From contig JALOQR010000001.1 in the NCBI GenBank assembly GCA_025459365.1, positions 11 through 64,010 on the forward strand: a stretch of DNA of 64,000 nucleotides. Reading direction: 5' to 3'. The translations under genes and the position numbers were made by a program. This DNA is from Fimbriiglobus sp. (GTDB taxonomy: Bacteria > Planctomycetota > Planctomycetia > Gemmatales > Gemmataceae). Within the stretch, counting starts at the first letter, position 1. Each line of letters opens with the position of its first letter. Below the pieces are notes generated by a model. The model did not search any database, was not told where the DNA came from, and worked only from the letters and a program-made list of their open reading frames with translations. Shown here piece after piece: positions 1 through 8,577 of this stretch.

Positions 1-30
1 CCGGACATGGAGAATCTCACCCCAGAAACT

Positions 31-91
31 GGAACCGGGAACGGAGTGACCGGGTGATTGGGTCGCACCCGGTCACTCCGTTCCCGGTTCC
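31..91 (-). terminator. 26-bp perfect inverted repeat 15 nt downstream of the FHA gene stop
   Basis: ggaaccgggaacggagtgaccgggtg (31-56) and cacccggtcactccgttcccggttcc (66-91) are exact reverse complements around a 9-nt loop. There is no U-run, so it could be a REP-like element rather than an intrinsic terminator. Confidence 0.45.
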
Positions 92-105
92 ACCGCGGCC
101 CGCGG

Positions 106-498
106 TCACTTCTTCGGCTTCTTTTGTAGCCCGGCCCGCTCCAGAAGCGACTGCCCAAACACGTTCTCGGCCTTCTCTTCGGCCTCGTCCAGGGGGGCAC
201 CCTCCGGGGCGATGTAGTCGATGATAAACTTGTGTCCGGCAATGCCAATTTCGTCGCCCGGCTTGAGGGTGCGAGAGAGCATCCGCACTCCGTTCACCTT
301 GGTGCCGTTGCTGCTGCCCATGTCCCGCACGGTCCACAATCCATTGCGGAGGCTGAACTCGCAATGAATGCCCGAAACGTTGGTAAACGCCAGGCAAATG
401 TCGCATGACTCCCGCCGGCCGACGGTCATCACCTCTTGCATCAACGGGATCGGATCGCCGCCGCCGACGGGAACCAACCGCCCGAACACATCAGCCAT
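106..498 (-). CDS. FHA domain-containing protein (130 aa)
   Basis: Typical FHA core: TVGRRESCDICL...VSGIHCEF...WTVRDMGSSNGTKVNG...L..GDEIGIAGHKF. Confidence 0.85.
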   Translation of the reverse strand: MADVFGRLVPVGGGDPIPLMQEVMTVGRRESCDICLAFTNVSGIHCEFSLRNGLWTVRDMGSSNGTKVNGVRMLSRTLKPGDEIGIAGHKFIIDYIAPEGAPLDEAEEKAENVFGQSLLERAGLQKKPKK

Positions 499-698
499 GT
501 CGTCCGCCCCTGGGGAGAAGACCGGCGGCCGGGTGAGAGGTGGCCGGGCCGGGCAAGAAACATCGCCCCCAGTATAGCCGACGGATGTCTTCCATGAGCG
601 AACATGAGGGAGAATGTGGGCAGAAATGGAAAGTGGGTAGCCAGGCGACAGTTATGCCACCTGACAACCCACGAGTGTCTCTTTCTCAATCCAGCTAG

Positions 699-1016
699 TT
701 ACCGCACACGGGGGCCATACTGGTTTTGGGGGAAGTAGGGGTTGGTATACCCGCCGGCCGGTGTGCCAGGGCCACCAGGGCCGAAATCGGCACCAGGCGG
801 GGGGGCCGGCATCTGGAAGTGGTCGTTGTATGGCCAGTACAGGTACCAGGGGGCCGCCTGGAAGGCCGGGAGCGGTTGCTTCAGGAAGAACCGCTGGAGG
901 GGTTTGCCAGAGTGGGTCGGCACGTTCACCGGGTTGGCGTAACCGACGGCGAGCGCCGAATCAGCAGTGACTAGTAGGCCGACGACGGCGGCCAACGCGA
1001 CGAGAACCTTTTTCAT
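699..1016 (-). CDS. Small secreted Pro/Gly/aromatic-rich protein (105 aa)
   Basis: Clear signal peptide MKKVLVALAAVVGLLVTADSALA. The mature part is rich in P, G, Y and W (PWYLYWPYNDHFQMPAPPPG). I recognise no family. Confidence 0.6.
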   Translation of the reverse strand: MKKVLVALAAVVGLLVTADSALAVGYANPVNVPTHSGKPLQRFFLKQPLPAFQAAPWYLYWPYNDHFQMPAPPPGADFGPGGPGTPAGGYTNPYFPQNQYGPRVR

Positions 1017-1194
1017 GGCTCGGTCCTTTCGTGTCCTTGAAAGTTTGGTGGCGCTCCCTCTGAGTGCTCACCGAGGCAGATGTAGTATGCCCGATGGATG
1101 CAAGGCAGGTCGGGCGGATGGAGTGCTGGTGGGGGGAAAAGTGGCGCGGGGGGCGGCGAAATCTGTCGTGCCGTCACACCCGCGCCACACCGGA

Positions 1195-1692
1195 TCACTT
1201 CGCGCAGTCTGCTGATGGGGTGGCACACCCACTCCCACAGGGCTGGCACCGATGACCGACGTTTCGCAGAGTGGCGAGGGCATAGTTCCCGCACTCTCGC
1301 TTATGCAACAGGCCGCTCAGGTGGCCACCAACGCCACACCCACCGCCACACCCGCCACGCCCGCACCACCCACACGACGGAGTCCCACCGCCCCCGCGAC
1401 GTGCCGGACCGGTATACCGCAGGTCCGACGTCCACGGTCCGTAAGGGGTGAACGGATAGTACCCCTCGTAGGGGCCGTAGTTCACCAGTGGGCCATCTTG
1501 CAGCCAGGTACCGAACAACGACAGGCAGAACCCGTTGCACCCGAACGGCCCGCGGAACGGGCTGCCCGACCAGGCATTCGGCCGACCCGCAGCGAATGGG
1601 CCGCAGCTCGCACACCCCTGAGCCTTGACCGGTTCAGCCATTGCCAACACTACCGGCAGAGCGAGCAGCCCCGCCCACAACATCCGTCGCAT
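1195..1692 (-). CDS. Small secreted Cys/Gly-rich protein (165 aa)
   Basis: The 342-aa ORF was trimmed to the internal ATG at 1692, which gives a signal peptide MRRMLWAGLLALPVVLAMAEPVKA. The mature part has an aromatic/Pro segment (GPYEGYYPFTPYGPW) and a C/G-rich tail (CGWCGRGGCGGGCG). Confidence 0.5.
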   Translation of the reverse strand: MRRMLWAGLLALPVVLAMAEPVKAQGCASCGPFAAGRPNAWSGSPFRGPFGCNGFCLSLFGTWLQDGPLVNYGPYEGYYPFTPYGPWTSDLRYTGPARRGGGGTPSCGWCGRGGCGGGCGVGGHLSGLLHKRECGNYALATLRNVGHRCQPCGSGCATPSADCAK

Positions 1693-1853
1693 GGGGAAAA
1701 TCCGTTTCTGGAGGAGTGCCCGACCGTGGCCGACTCCCGGCGCATTCCTGGGTCGAGGCGCACAGGAAGTGTGCGCGATGAAGTGGACCGACGAGGGGCA
1801 CAGTGTCCCCAGACCTGGGCGTCGGACGGGTCGGTAGTCGCGCCAGCGGGCGC

Positions 1854-2759
1854 TCAGTGCGCTGTTTCGCCAACCGTCGCCTCGCACACCGCCCGGAATT
1901 CTTCTGCGGTCGCCCCGATCGCTCCGACCGGCCGACCGGCCGGGCCATGACAGTCGCTCCCGCCGGTCGTCAACAACCCGAGGTGCTTTGCCCAGGTCGT
2001 CAGGCAGATGGTGCGGCTCGCCGTCGCCGCCGGGAACTTTGTTTCGATCCCACACAAACCGGCCTCTTTCATCTGGGCGATGTCCGATTCGCTCAAGTCG
2101 GCCGACGGATGAGCCAACACCGACACACCGCCGGCCGATCGGATCCGTTCGCATGTCTCGCCGAGGGGAATTTTCAATTTCGGAATCACCTTGGCCGACA
2201 GCGGGGCGACGAACCGGCCCCACGCCTCCCCGTGGCTGCGGGCAAGGCCAACCCGATACACAAGCTGCGCGACGTGCCGCCGACCGAGGCTGGCGGTGGA
2301 GCTTTCGAGAGCAGACACCAGGCCGTCGTCGAGCGGGTGCGTCTGACGAATGTGAGTGATGAAGTCGCGGAAACGCTCACGCCGGCGGAGGCACAATTCC
2401 GCGAGGCGATCTTGCAAACCCACCCCCTGCTCGCTTTTTCCCCGAGAGAGCGGACCGAGGGGTGAAGTCCCCGCGAACAACCCCAGCACATGCACCTCAC
2501 CCCCGTTCCACTCCGCGGTCACTTCCACACCCGGAATCACCCGTACTCCATCCACGGCCATCTCCGGCACCCCGGCGAACGTGTCGTGGTCGGTGATCGC
2601 CACCGCATCGAGTCGGGCGAGACGGGCGAAGGCCACCACCTGGGACGTGGTGAACGCACCATCTGAAGCGGTGGTATGGGTGTGCAGATCGGCGGCGACG
2701 CGGCGGGTCAGGGCGGCGGCCTGCTGGCAAAGGGCAGTGAAGGGGTCGCCTTTGGGCAT
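1854..2759 (-). CDS. PHP-domain metal-dependent phosphoesterase (TrpH/YciV-like)
   Basis: DLHTHTTASDG...AITDHDT...GVEVT...HVLGLF...LAHP...GGSDCHG motifs. Start trimmed to the ATG at 2759 (MPKGDPF). Confidence 0.8.
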   Translation of the reverse strand: MPKGDPFTALCQQAAALTRRVAADLHTHTTASDGAFTTSQVVAFARLARLDAVAITDHDTFAGVPEMAVDGVRVIPGVEVTAEWNGGEVHVLGLFAGTSPLGPLSRGKSEQGVGLQDRLAELCLRRRERFRDFITHIRQTHPLDDGLVSALESSTASLGRRHVAQLVYRVGLARSHGEAWGRFVAPLSAKVIPKLKIPLGETCERIRSAGGVSVLAHPSADLSESDIAQMKEAGLCGIETKFPAATASRTICLTTWAKHLGLLTTGGSDCHGPAGRPVGAIGATAEEFRAVCEATVGETAH

Positions 2760-2800
2760 TGTGCGATGGGTTGAGGGTCGAGCACCAATCGTGCAACAGG

Positions 2801-3271
2801 TTACGCTACCGGTGGTGGTGATTGAGTCGTCTCGGGCGCAGGGGCCGCCGAACTCGGGGCGGCGTCCTTTCGCCGCTGGGCCACCTTGTCCAGAATGCCG
2901 TTGACGAACCCCGGCGAATCCACCGTACCGAACCGGCGGGCCAGTTCGACGGCTTCGTTGATGAGCACCGGCACCGGTTCGGCGGTGTGCAACAGTTCGT
3001 AGGCGCACAACCGAAGTACGTTGCGATCAGACGGCAGCATGCGGATGAGGCGCCAGTTCTCGGCGGTGGCGGTAAGCACGGCGTCGATGGCGTCGCGGTG
3101 GGCCTTCACCCCGGCGAACAGTTCAAGGCAGAACGCGGCGCTCTTCGGGTCCCACGGGATCCGCTCCGCGGCGAACGCCTTCACCGCCAAGTCCGACATC
3201 GGCTTGCGGTTCTGGTCGAGTTGGAACAGCAGTTGGAGAGCGACTTCGCGGGCACGGGAGCGGCGGAACAT
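2801..3271 (-). CDS. nusB: Transcription antitermination factor NusB
   Basis: RSRAREVALQLLFQLD...NVLRLCAYELLH...PVLINEAVELARRFG...GFVNGILDKV is the canonical NusB signature. Start trimmed to the ATG at 3271. Confidence 0.9.
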   Translation of the reverse strand: MFRRSRAREVALQLLFQLDQNRKPMSDLAVKAFAAERIPWDPKSAAFCLELFAGVKAHRDAIDAVLTATAENWRLIRMLPSDRNVLRLCAYELLHTAEPVPVLINEAVELARRFGTVDSPGFVNGILDKVAQRRKDAAPSSAAPAPETTQSPPPVA

Positions 3272-3787
3272 CGAACACGAACCTCGGTGCGGTAGGGATA
3301 TCCTAGCGGAAACGTGACAGAACCGCACGCGACCGGACAGGTGGTAGAATGGGACAAATTTGCCGGGAATAACGTTGCACACCACGCAACGAGCCGCTAT
3401 TTTGACTCTCAGTTGGTGCCGGATGCCTGGCGGGATTTCCCGCCACCCACCGGTTCGGTGGTTATCCGGCCAGGACACCAGCGTGGGGTCGGCAATCGGT
3501 GCCGGCTTTCGGAAGGCGGGGAGTGAGTGCGTCAGGGAGGGCGCACCAACCCCGCAACCATCTTCCCACAGGGTGGCGGGGGTCGCAACAGCGAGTCCCG
3601 CCCCTTCACCGAGGTCGAGCATGCGATCCGCCGTATCCCCCCACAATGGGGTTGGGCCTTCCTACCTCCTCCGCGGCTCGCGTTCCCGTCGGCGGTGTGG
3701 CCACCAGACTTAACCGCCGCCACGGTGACTCCCGCGGATCAACCCGGCATCTTCGCTGGGTGCCTTTATCCGCTCGCGGAGTCGCCG

Positions 3788-4234
3788 ATGAACGATTCCC
3801 CACGCCGCCAAGCGATCACCCTCACCCTCACCCTGTTGGTGTTCGCCTACCGCGAACTCCAACGCCTTCGGGCGGTCGCGGACACCCGCGACGCGACGGC
3901 GCACGCGGCCGGCAGTGTGCTAAAAGACGAAGTGCGGGAGGACGCCAGGCGGGTCGTCGAGTTGCTCGAGGAGTGGAAGGACGCGATGGTCGGGTTGGGG
4001 GTCGGGCCGCTGTCGGCGGACCTGAACGCGGTGCACCCGTGGCCGGAAGCGTCGGTGTGGTCCGCTCACCGCCTCCGCGCCCGCCCCCTCCAGGCACGGG
4101 TGCAGTCGCTGGTTGGGAAGACGCGAAATGTGACCGCCGAGTTGTCGCACCTGACCACCCGGATCGGCAACATCCTTCACACGCTGGACCTTACAGACCC
4201 TACAAGCCTGATCAGCGAAATGGTCGGAACCTAG
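3788..4234 (+). CDS. Hypothetical protein (148 aa, predicted helical)
   Basis: Only the part after the ATG at 3788 (MNDSPRRQAITL...) has protein-like composition. The upstream part of the ORF is Arg/Pro/Gly noise. No family recognised. Confidence 0.35.
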   Translation: MNDSPRRQAITLTLTLLVFAYRELQRLRAVADTRDATAHAAGSVLKDEVREDARRVVELLEEWKDAMVGLGVGPLSADLNAVHPWPEASVWSAHRLRARPLQARVQSLVGKTRNVTAELSHLTTRIGNILHTLDLTDPTSLISEMVGT

Positions 4235-4329
4235 TTCCGCGTAGCCCGGCCGGGAGTCGGGGAATGGTCGCAACGGACGCCGCCCTTCCCCGATAAGATG
4301 GTGAGGGCAACGATTTTGCTCCTTCAGGC

Positions 4330-4716
4330 GTGCCGCTGGCAGGGAGCATTCCGATGGTCAAGTCTACCGCCAAGTTGATCGACCAGCTCGAAGCCGACCG
4401 CGAAGCCCGGCAAGCCCGTGGGGAGTTCCTGTTCGAGGGCGCCGGGGAGGTGCTCGCCGAACTGCGTGAGAAACGCGGGTGGTCGCTCGCCAAGGTGGGC
4501 GACGCGCTCGGCGTCGCCGCCTCGACTGTCATGCGGTATGAAAAGAACGAAATGCCCCTTTCGGACTACGCCGTCACCCGCTTCGCCGAGGTGTACGAGG
4601 TGGACGCTGAGAGGCTGATGATCGAGTGCATGGAGCGGGTGCTGCCGGGGATGAAGGATTCGGCCTTCGGCAAGCTCCTGGAGAAGGTGATCGAGTCCGG
4701 CTCCGGCAACTCCTGA
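4330..4716 (+). CDS. XRE-family helix-turn-helix transcriptional regulator
   Basis: LAELREKRGWSLAKVGDALGVAASTVMRYEKNEMPLS is a Cro/C1-type HTH. The start is uncertain (GTG at 4330 or the internal ATG MVKST). Confidence 0.7.
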   Translation: MPLAGSIPMVKSTAKLIDQLEADREARQARGEFLFEGAGEVLAELREKRGWSLAKVGDALGVAASTVMRYEKNEMPLSDYAVTRFAEVYEVDAERLMIECMERVLPGMKDSAFGKLLEKVIESGSGNS

Positions 4717-4725
4717 TCCCAACCC

Positions 4726-5163
4726 GTGCGAACACCTCTTCTTCTGGTTGACCCGTGCGGCGGGTGCGGGAAGTGCTGCCGCGGCATCGGCCTGCCGCCG
4801 TTCGAAGCCGCCAACCCCGCGTTCGGCCCGCAGAGGGTCGTCACCCGCGGTATGACCGCTTCGCAGATCGACACCGCCGCGTTCGACACCGAACTCTTCC
4901 TCGCCATGCCCGACGAGCTACGCCTCGCCCACGCCGAGTTGTTGCTGAACCTCACTGTCGACCCGTCCGGAACTGCGTGCGTCTGGTACGACGCCGAGGC
5001 GGATCGGTGCAAGCACTACGACTGGCGGCCCGGCACCTGTCGGCTCTTCACACCGGGCAGCGACGAGTGCGTGAAACTCCGGGCCGACCCGGACGCCGTG
5101 CTGGTGTGGCAAGACGACAACTCACCGGAACGGTGGCGGAACCCACGAAAGAAAGCGGAATGA
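4726..5163 (+). CDS. YkgJ-family cysteine-cluster protein (UPF0153-like)
   Basis: N-terminal CGGCGKCC cluster plus C-terminal CKHY...PGTCRLF...C, typical of the CxxCxxCC family. Starts 10 nt after the XRE gene. Confidence 0.65.
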   Translation: MRTPLLLVDPCGGCGKCCRGIGLPPFEAANPAFGPQRVVTRGMTASQIDTAAFDTELFLAMPDELRLAHAELLLNLTVDPSGTACVWYDAEADRCKHYDWRPGTCRLFTPGSDECVKLRADPDAVLVWQDDNSPERWRNPRKKAE

Positions 5164-5172
5164 GAGTAAGCG

Positions 5173-5895
5173 TCACTCGCCCCGCGTGTTCGCCTCCGGC
5201 ACCCACCCGACCACCCCGCCGGGTAGTTCCACCTGCACCCACCCGCCGCGGCGGAGTCGCTCGTTCACCTCGGCTCCGCGGGGTAGGTCGCCGTCCAGCC
5301 GCGGTGGGTAGGTGTCGCCGTTCCCCTTGCGGAGGACAGTTGGGCGGGTGAGCACCAGCACGTTCGGCTCGGCTGCGGCTTCGCGGTTCAATAGCCATGC
5401 CGCGACTCCCGCCGACGTCAGCAGCACCAACCCCACGCTGGCCACAACGACCGCCCACCCATCCCGCGTGGTGAGCCGCCGGGCCACGCCAACGACGACC
5501 AGCAGCACCCCGACCGCCGCCGCGAAGAACACGTCCCACCCGCTGAGTCGCGTTCGCCACCCAGCCGCACGTGGGGGGCGGGTGTTGGTCGGATATGGCA
5601 CCTCGTTCCGCAGCGTTTCGAGTTGGCGGAGCAATTCGACATCCGACGGCGTTGTTCGCAAGCCCGAGCGGGCGGCGAGGATCGCGCCGGGCAGGTCGCC
5701 GGCGAGGGCGTGGGCGCGGCTGCGGTTGGTGGCGAGAGCGGCGGAACGGTTCCCGGCCTCCCACTCGGCGTCGTACCCTTTGGCCGCTTCGATGAAGTGC
5801 GGGCGGGCGGTCTTGGCGTCGTTGCTCACCTCTACCCCGCGGGCGAAGGCGGCGTCTGGCTGGGCGAGAGTGAAAAGCAGGGTGAGCGGGAGCAT
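5173..5895 (-). CDS. TPR plus SH3b-like membrane protein (BatE-like architecture)
   Basis: Signal-like MLPLTLLFTLAQPDAAFA, a TPR-like helical region, two hydrophobic helices, and a C-terminal SH3b-like segment (GDTYPPRLDGDLPRGAEVNERLRRGGWVQVELPGGVVGWV). An alternative upstream start exists at 6000. Confidence 0.55.
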   Translation of the reverse strand: MLPLTLLFTLAQPDAAFARGVEVSNDAKTARPHFIEAAKGYDAEWEAGNRSAALATNRSRAHALAGDLPGAILAARSGLRTTPSDVELLRQLETLRNEVPYPTNTRPPRAAGWRTRLSGWDVFFAAAVGVLLVVVGVARRLTTRDGWAVVVASVGLVLLTSAGVAAWLLNREAAAEPNVLVLTRPTVLRKGNGDTYPPRLDGDLPRGAEVNERLRRGGWVQVELPGGVVGWVPEANTRGE

Positions 5896-6070
5896 GACGG
5901 TTATGGTAACCCGGCGTGCGGCGAACGGGATGGTTCGCCGCACTTCTCTCAACCAATGTGTGAGCGTCGCGGGACGATATCTGAGTCGCACACCGGCCAA
6001 CGATGGGCGGCGATTTCACCCAACTTTTCCCGAATTCGTGTCCACATTGGGTTGCGTTCGGCAATCTGTT

Positions 6071-6118
6071 GGGGGGGTGTCTGCCACACTGCCACCTGCC
6101 ACACACATACCCCCCCCC
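6071..6118 (+). repeat. Repeat family A, copy 1 (three CTGCCAC heptamers plus CACACATA plus C-run)
   Basis: gggggggtgtCTGCCACACTGCCACCTGCCACACACATAccccccccc. The 36-nt core is identical to the reverse complement of 35132-35175 and differs by 1 nt from 43717-43754. Confidence 0.85.
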
Positions 6119-6338
6119 GTGACTGGTCGCACCATCCGCCGCAGGAAACTGGGTGTAAACACAATCTGGCACAGCACTTCGGTTGCAAGGCCAGCCAGGT
6201 TCGGGTCTACTCTCCGCTGACGGTGCGAACGACCGCCGGAAGGCCAAGCCGCCGGAGAAGAGGTAGCCCCCGGCGGGTGGGTCGCCCCTCGCTCGCGCGT
6301 CGGGCCAGAGCATTTTCAGTCGGTTCCTTGGGCGGGGC

Positions 6339-6474
6339 GGTGTGGGGTCCGCCCTTCAGGGCGTGGTCCGCACCGCACGCCCTGAAGGGCGGACCCCAAC
6401 ACCCCGCTGCCCTCCTGTTTACCGTCCTGCTTGTCGGTCCGCACCGCGCGCCCTGAAGGGCGGACCCCAACACC
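6339..6474. repeat. Repeat family B (CCCTTCAGGGCG hairpin repeats), 1.5 units
   Basis: ggggtccgcccttcagggcg (6344-6363) pairs perfectly with cgccctgaagggcggacccc (6378-6397). A second right arm lies at 6449-6474. Same family as the array at 41871-42123. Confidence 0.8.
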
Positions 6475-6497
6475 GCAAGGGACTCGCTGAAACTGCT

Positions 6498-8186
6498 CTA
6501 ACCCACCCACCGGAGGACGCCCATCGCGTCGGCGAAGCCGAGTTCGCCCACCAGCGCCGGCCGCTTATACTGCTCCGGCGAGCCGCCCGACCGGGCCAGC
6601 CGGTCGGCGTCGAACTTCGCCCACCGCCCGGCCGGGATGACCGCCGCCTTCAACATCCCCAGCCGCCCGCCCTGCCGCTTCGCCTCGTACTCCGTGTTCT
6701 GCCGTTGCAACTCCGCATCGAACGCCGTCAGGAACGCCTCGACCCCGTCCGCCGCGTCCGGCTCCTCCACGAACACCGCGTAGAACGGTTTCGCGTCGTC
6801 CCACACCGGGGCCACGCCGTAGGCGGTCGGGTGGAAGTCGGTCGCGTCCGCTGCCCGCTCCATCGCCTGCGTGACGTGGTACTCGCTCAGCTTCTCGCCG
6901 GTCAGGTTGCTGAACCGCTGCCCCTTCCCCAGGAACTCGACGAGCGGGGTGCGGCCGACGAACCCGGTCACCCGCACCAGGTCCGAGATGTGGTAGCGGT
7001 ACAGGCCGGCGGCGGTGGTCGGCACCAGGAAGTAGTGCCCGCCGAAGGTGAGTTCGTGCGCGCCCAGTACGGTCGGCTGTGGGGAGTCGATCTCCCCTTC
7101 GGGGATGAACTCGAAGTAGTGCCCCCAGATGTCGAGCACGCCGCTCGGGGTGCCGTTCTCGAAGGGGATGGTGAACCGCCCCTCGCTGGCGATCAGGCCG
7201 AGGTCGCGCACTGGCACGTCGCCGTAGTACTTGGGCAACTGCCGGAGGTACGGCCCCATGCTTCCGCCCGTCCAGGTGCCCACCAGGGTGGTGTCGTCGG
7301 GCCACACGTCGCGCGGGAATAGCCGGCCCATCGGCTCGGCGACGGCCGCCAGCCGGCGGGCCGCCTTCGGGTTCGGCCGCCACCGCCCGGCCAGAGACGC
7401 CCGGACGGCGTCGGGGAGGTCGAGGGTGGCGTTGAGCGTCCCGTCGTGCAGGTCGCGGAGCAACCGCTCCCGCTGGGAATCGAGGGTACGGGCGAGGGTG
7501 AGCAGGGTGCTCGGGTTGGCGGCGGTGAAGAGCGCCACCGGCTTGCCGATCGCGGCCCGCACGGCGACGTAGTACCGGGCGAGCGGGTCGGTGATCTTCC
7601 CGATTTCTGGCGGAACGACGTACTGCCGGCGGGCGATGCGGCGTTGCACGAGGGCGGTGTACCCGCTCAGGTTGCCGCACGGAATGCCGGCGGGGGTGCG
7701 GAACTCGTCTGGGTCGCCGCCCATCTGGATGATCGGCCGCAGGGCGAGGTCGCGCGGGCGGTGATCGCGGTACGCCCGCAGCCCCCACATGCCCCACGCC
7801 CGCTTGTAGTCGGCCAGGTAGCGGTCGGTGATCGGGATGAACTTGCGAGCGGCGGTGGTGCCGCTGGTGAGGGCAAACAACCGGACGGTGTCGTCGGCGA
7901 GCAGCGCGGAGGTTTCGCCAGCCTTCACCCGCTCGATGTACGGGGCGAGGCGTTCATACGGGGCGACGGGCACCTGACGGCGGTAGTCCTCCACGGTGCG
8001 GATCGACGCGAACCCGTGATCCCTACCGAACGCCGTATCAGCCTGGCGGCGAACGATGTTCAGGAGCAGTTCGGCTTGCACCGGCTCCGGATTCTCGCAA
8101 CTCCGCAGGAAGCGGCGGATGCGGGCGTGCAGTGGCAGCACCGCCACGCGAGCTGCCCGAACCATCAAGTATCGCAGGAGAGACAT
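6498..8186 (-). CDS. GH3 auxin-responsive-promoter family protein (acyl acid amido synthetase-like, 562 aa)
   Basis: FALTSGTTAARKFIP (adenylating P-loop-like motif of GH3), length and overall pattern. Start trimmed to the ATG at 8186 (MSLLRYLM). Confidence 0.8.
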   Translation of the reverse strand: MSLLRYLMVRAARVAVLPLHARIRRFLRSCENPEPVQAELLLNIVRRQADTAFGRDHGFASIRTVEDYRRQVPVAPYERLAPYIERVKAGETSALLADDTVRLFALTSGTTAARKFIPITDRYLADYKRAWGMWGLRAYRDHRPRDLALRPIIQMGGDPDEFRTPAGIPCGNLSGYTALVQRRIARRQYVVPPEIGKITDPLARYYVAVRAAIGKPVALFTAANPSTLLTLARTLDSQRERLLRDLHDGTLNATLDLPDAVRASLAGRWRPNPKAARRLAAVAEPMGRLFPRDVWPDDTTLVGTWTGGSMGPYLRQLPKYYGDVPVRDLGLIASEGRFTIPFENGTPSGVLDIWGHYFEFIPEGEIDSPQPTVLGAHELTFGGHYFLVPTTAAGLYRYHISDLVRVTGFVGRTPLVEFLGKGQRFSNLTGEKLSEYHVTQAMERAADATDFHPTAYGVAPVWDDAKPFYAVFVEEPDAADGVEAFLTAFDAELQRQNTEYEAKRQGGRLGMLKAAVIPAGRWAKFDADRLARSGGSPEQYKRPALVGELGFADAMGVLRWVG

Positions 8187-8205
8187 GGGGGGATTGTAAG
8201 CAGCG

Positions 8206-8568
8206 TTAATCCATCTCGTGCCGCCGGTGCGTGGAGATCGGCCTCCACAGGAAGAACACCAACCCACCGACGAGCACCCCCGTCACGGCGGTCAGCAGTA
8301 CTGGAGCCCAGGTGAAACACAGTTCGGTACGAGCGAGCTTGCCGGGATCGTCCATCTTTTGTCGGCTGTCGCCCTCGGCCATTGTCACACCGAACACCGA
8401 GTAACGATAGGCAACACCTCCCCGCGGCCCCCCCTCGGTCCAGTACAGGAATTCCGAGTGGGCGCAGACAAGAAGGAACACACTCACGGCGGAGGCGAAA
8501 CCGCATACCGCAGCACAGGCCCCGCGGAGCAGGCGGCAACGTCTGGTGGATGAAGGCCCGTCGCTCAC
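8206..8568 (-). CDS. Small membrane protein (120 aa, two predicted TM helices)
   Basis: Hydrophobic stretches AAVCGFASAVSVFLLVCA and WAPVLLTAVTGVLVGGLVFFLW. No family recognised. Confidence 0.45.
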   Translation of the reverse strand: MSDGPSSTRRCRLLRGACAAVCGFASAVSVFLLVCAHSEFLYWTEGGPRGGVAYRYSVFGVTMAEGDSRQKMDDPGKLARTELCFTWAPVLLTAVTGVLVGGLVFFLWRPISTHRRHEMD

Positions 8569-8577
8569 GTGACACCC

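Noticed and set aside
1854-3646. Long N-terminal extensions of the PHP and NusB ORFs as given in the ORF track. The same applies to the ORFs at 1195-2223, 21548-23488, 23044-24234, 23979-25097, 33294-35024, 35356-37428 and 41080-41931.
   Set aside because: The extensions overlap upstream genes or have Arg/Pro-rich noise composition. Internal starts give canonical N-termini or signal peptides and often stop/start overlaps with the preceding gene.
5048-6313. 421-aa minus-strand ORF, and 5312-6220 / 5623-6456 plus-strand ORFs spanning the intergenic repeats.
   Set aside because: They overlap the better-supported TPR/SH3 gene in other frames and run through repeat families A and B. They have no protein-like features.
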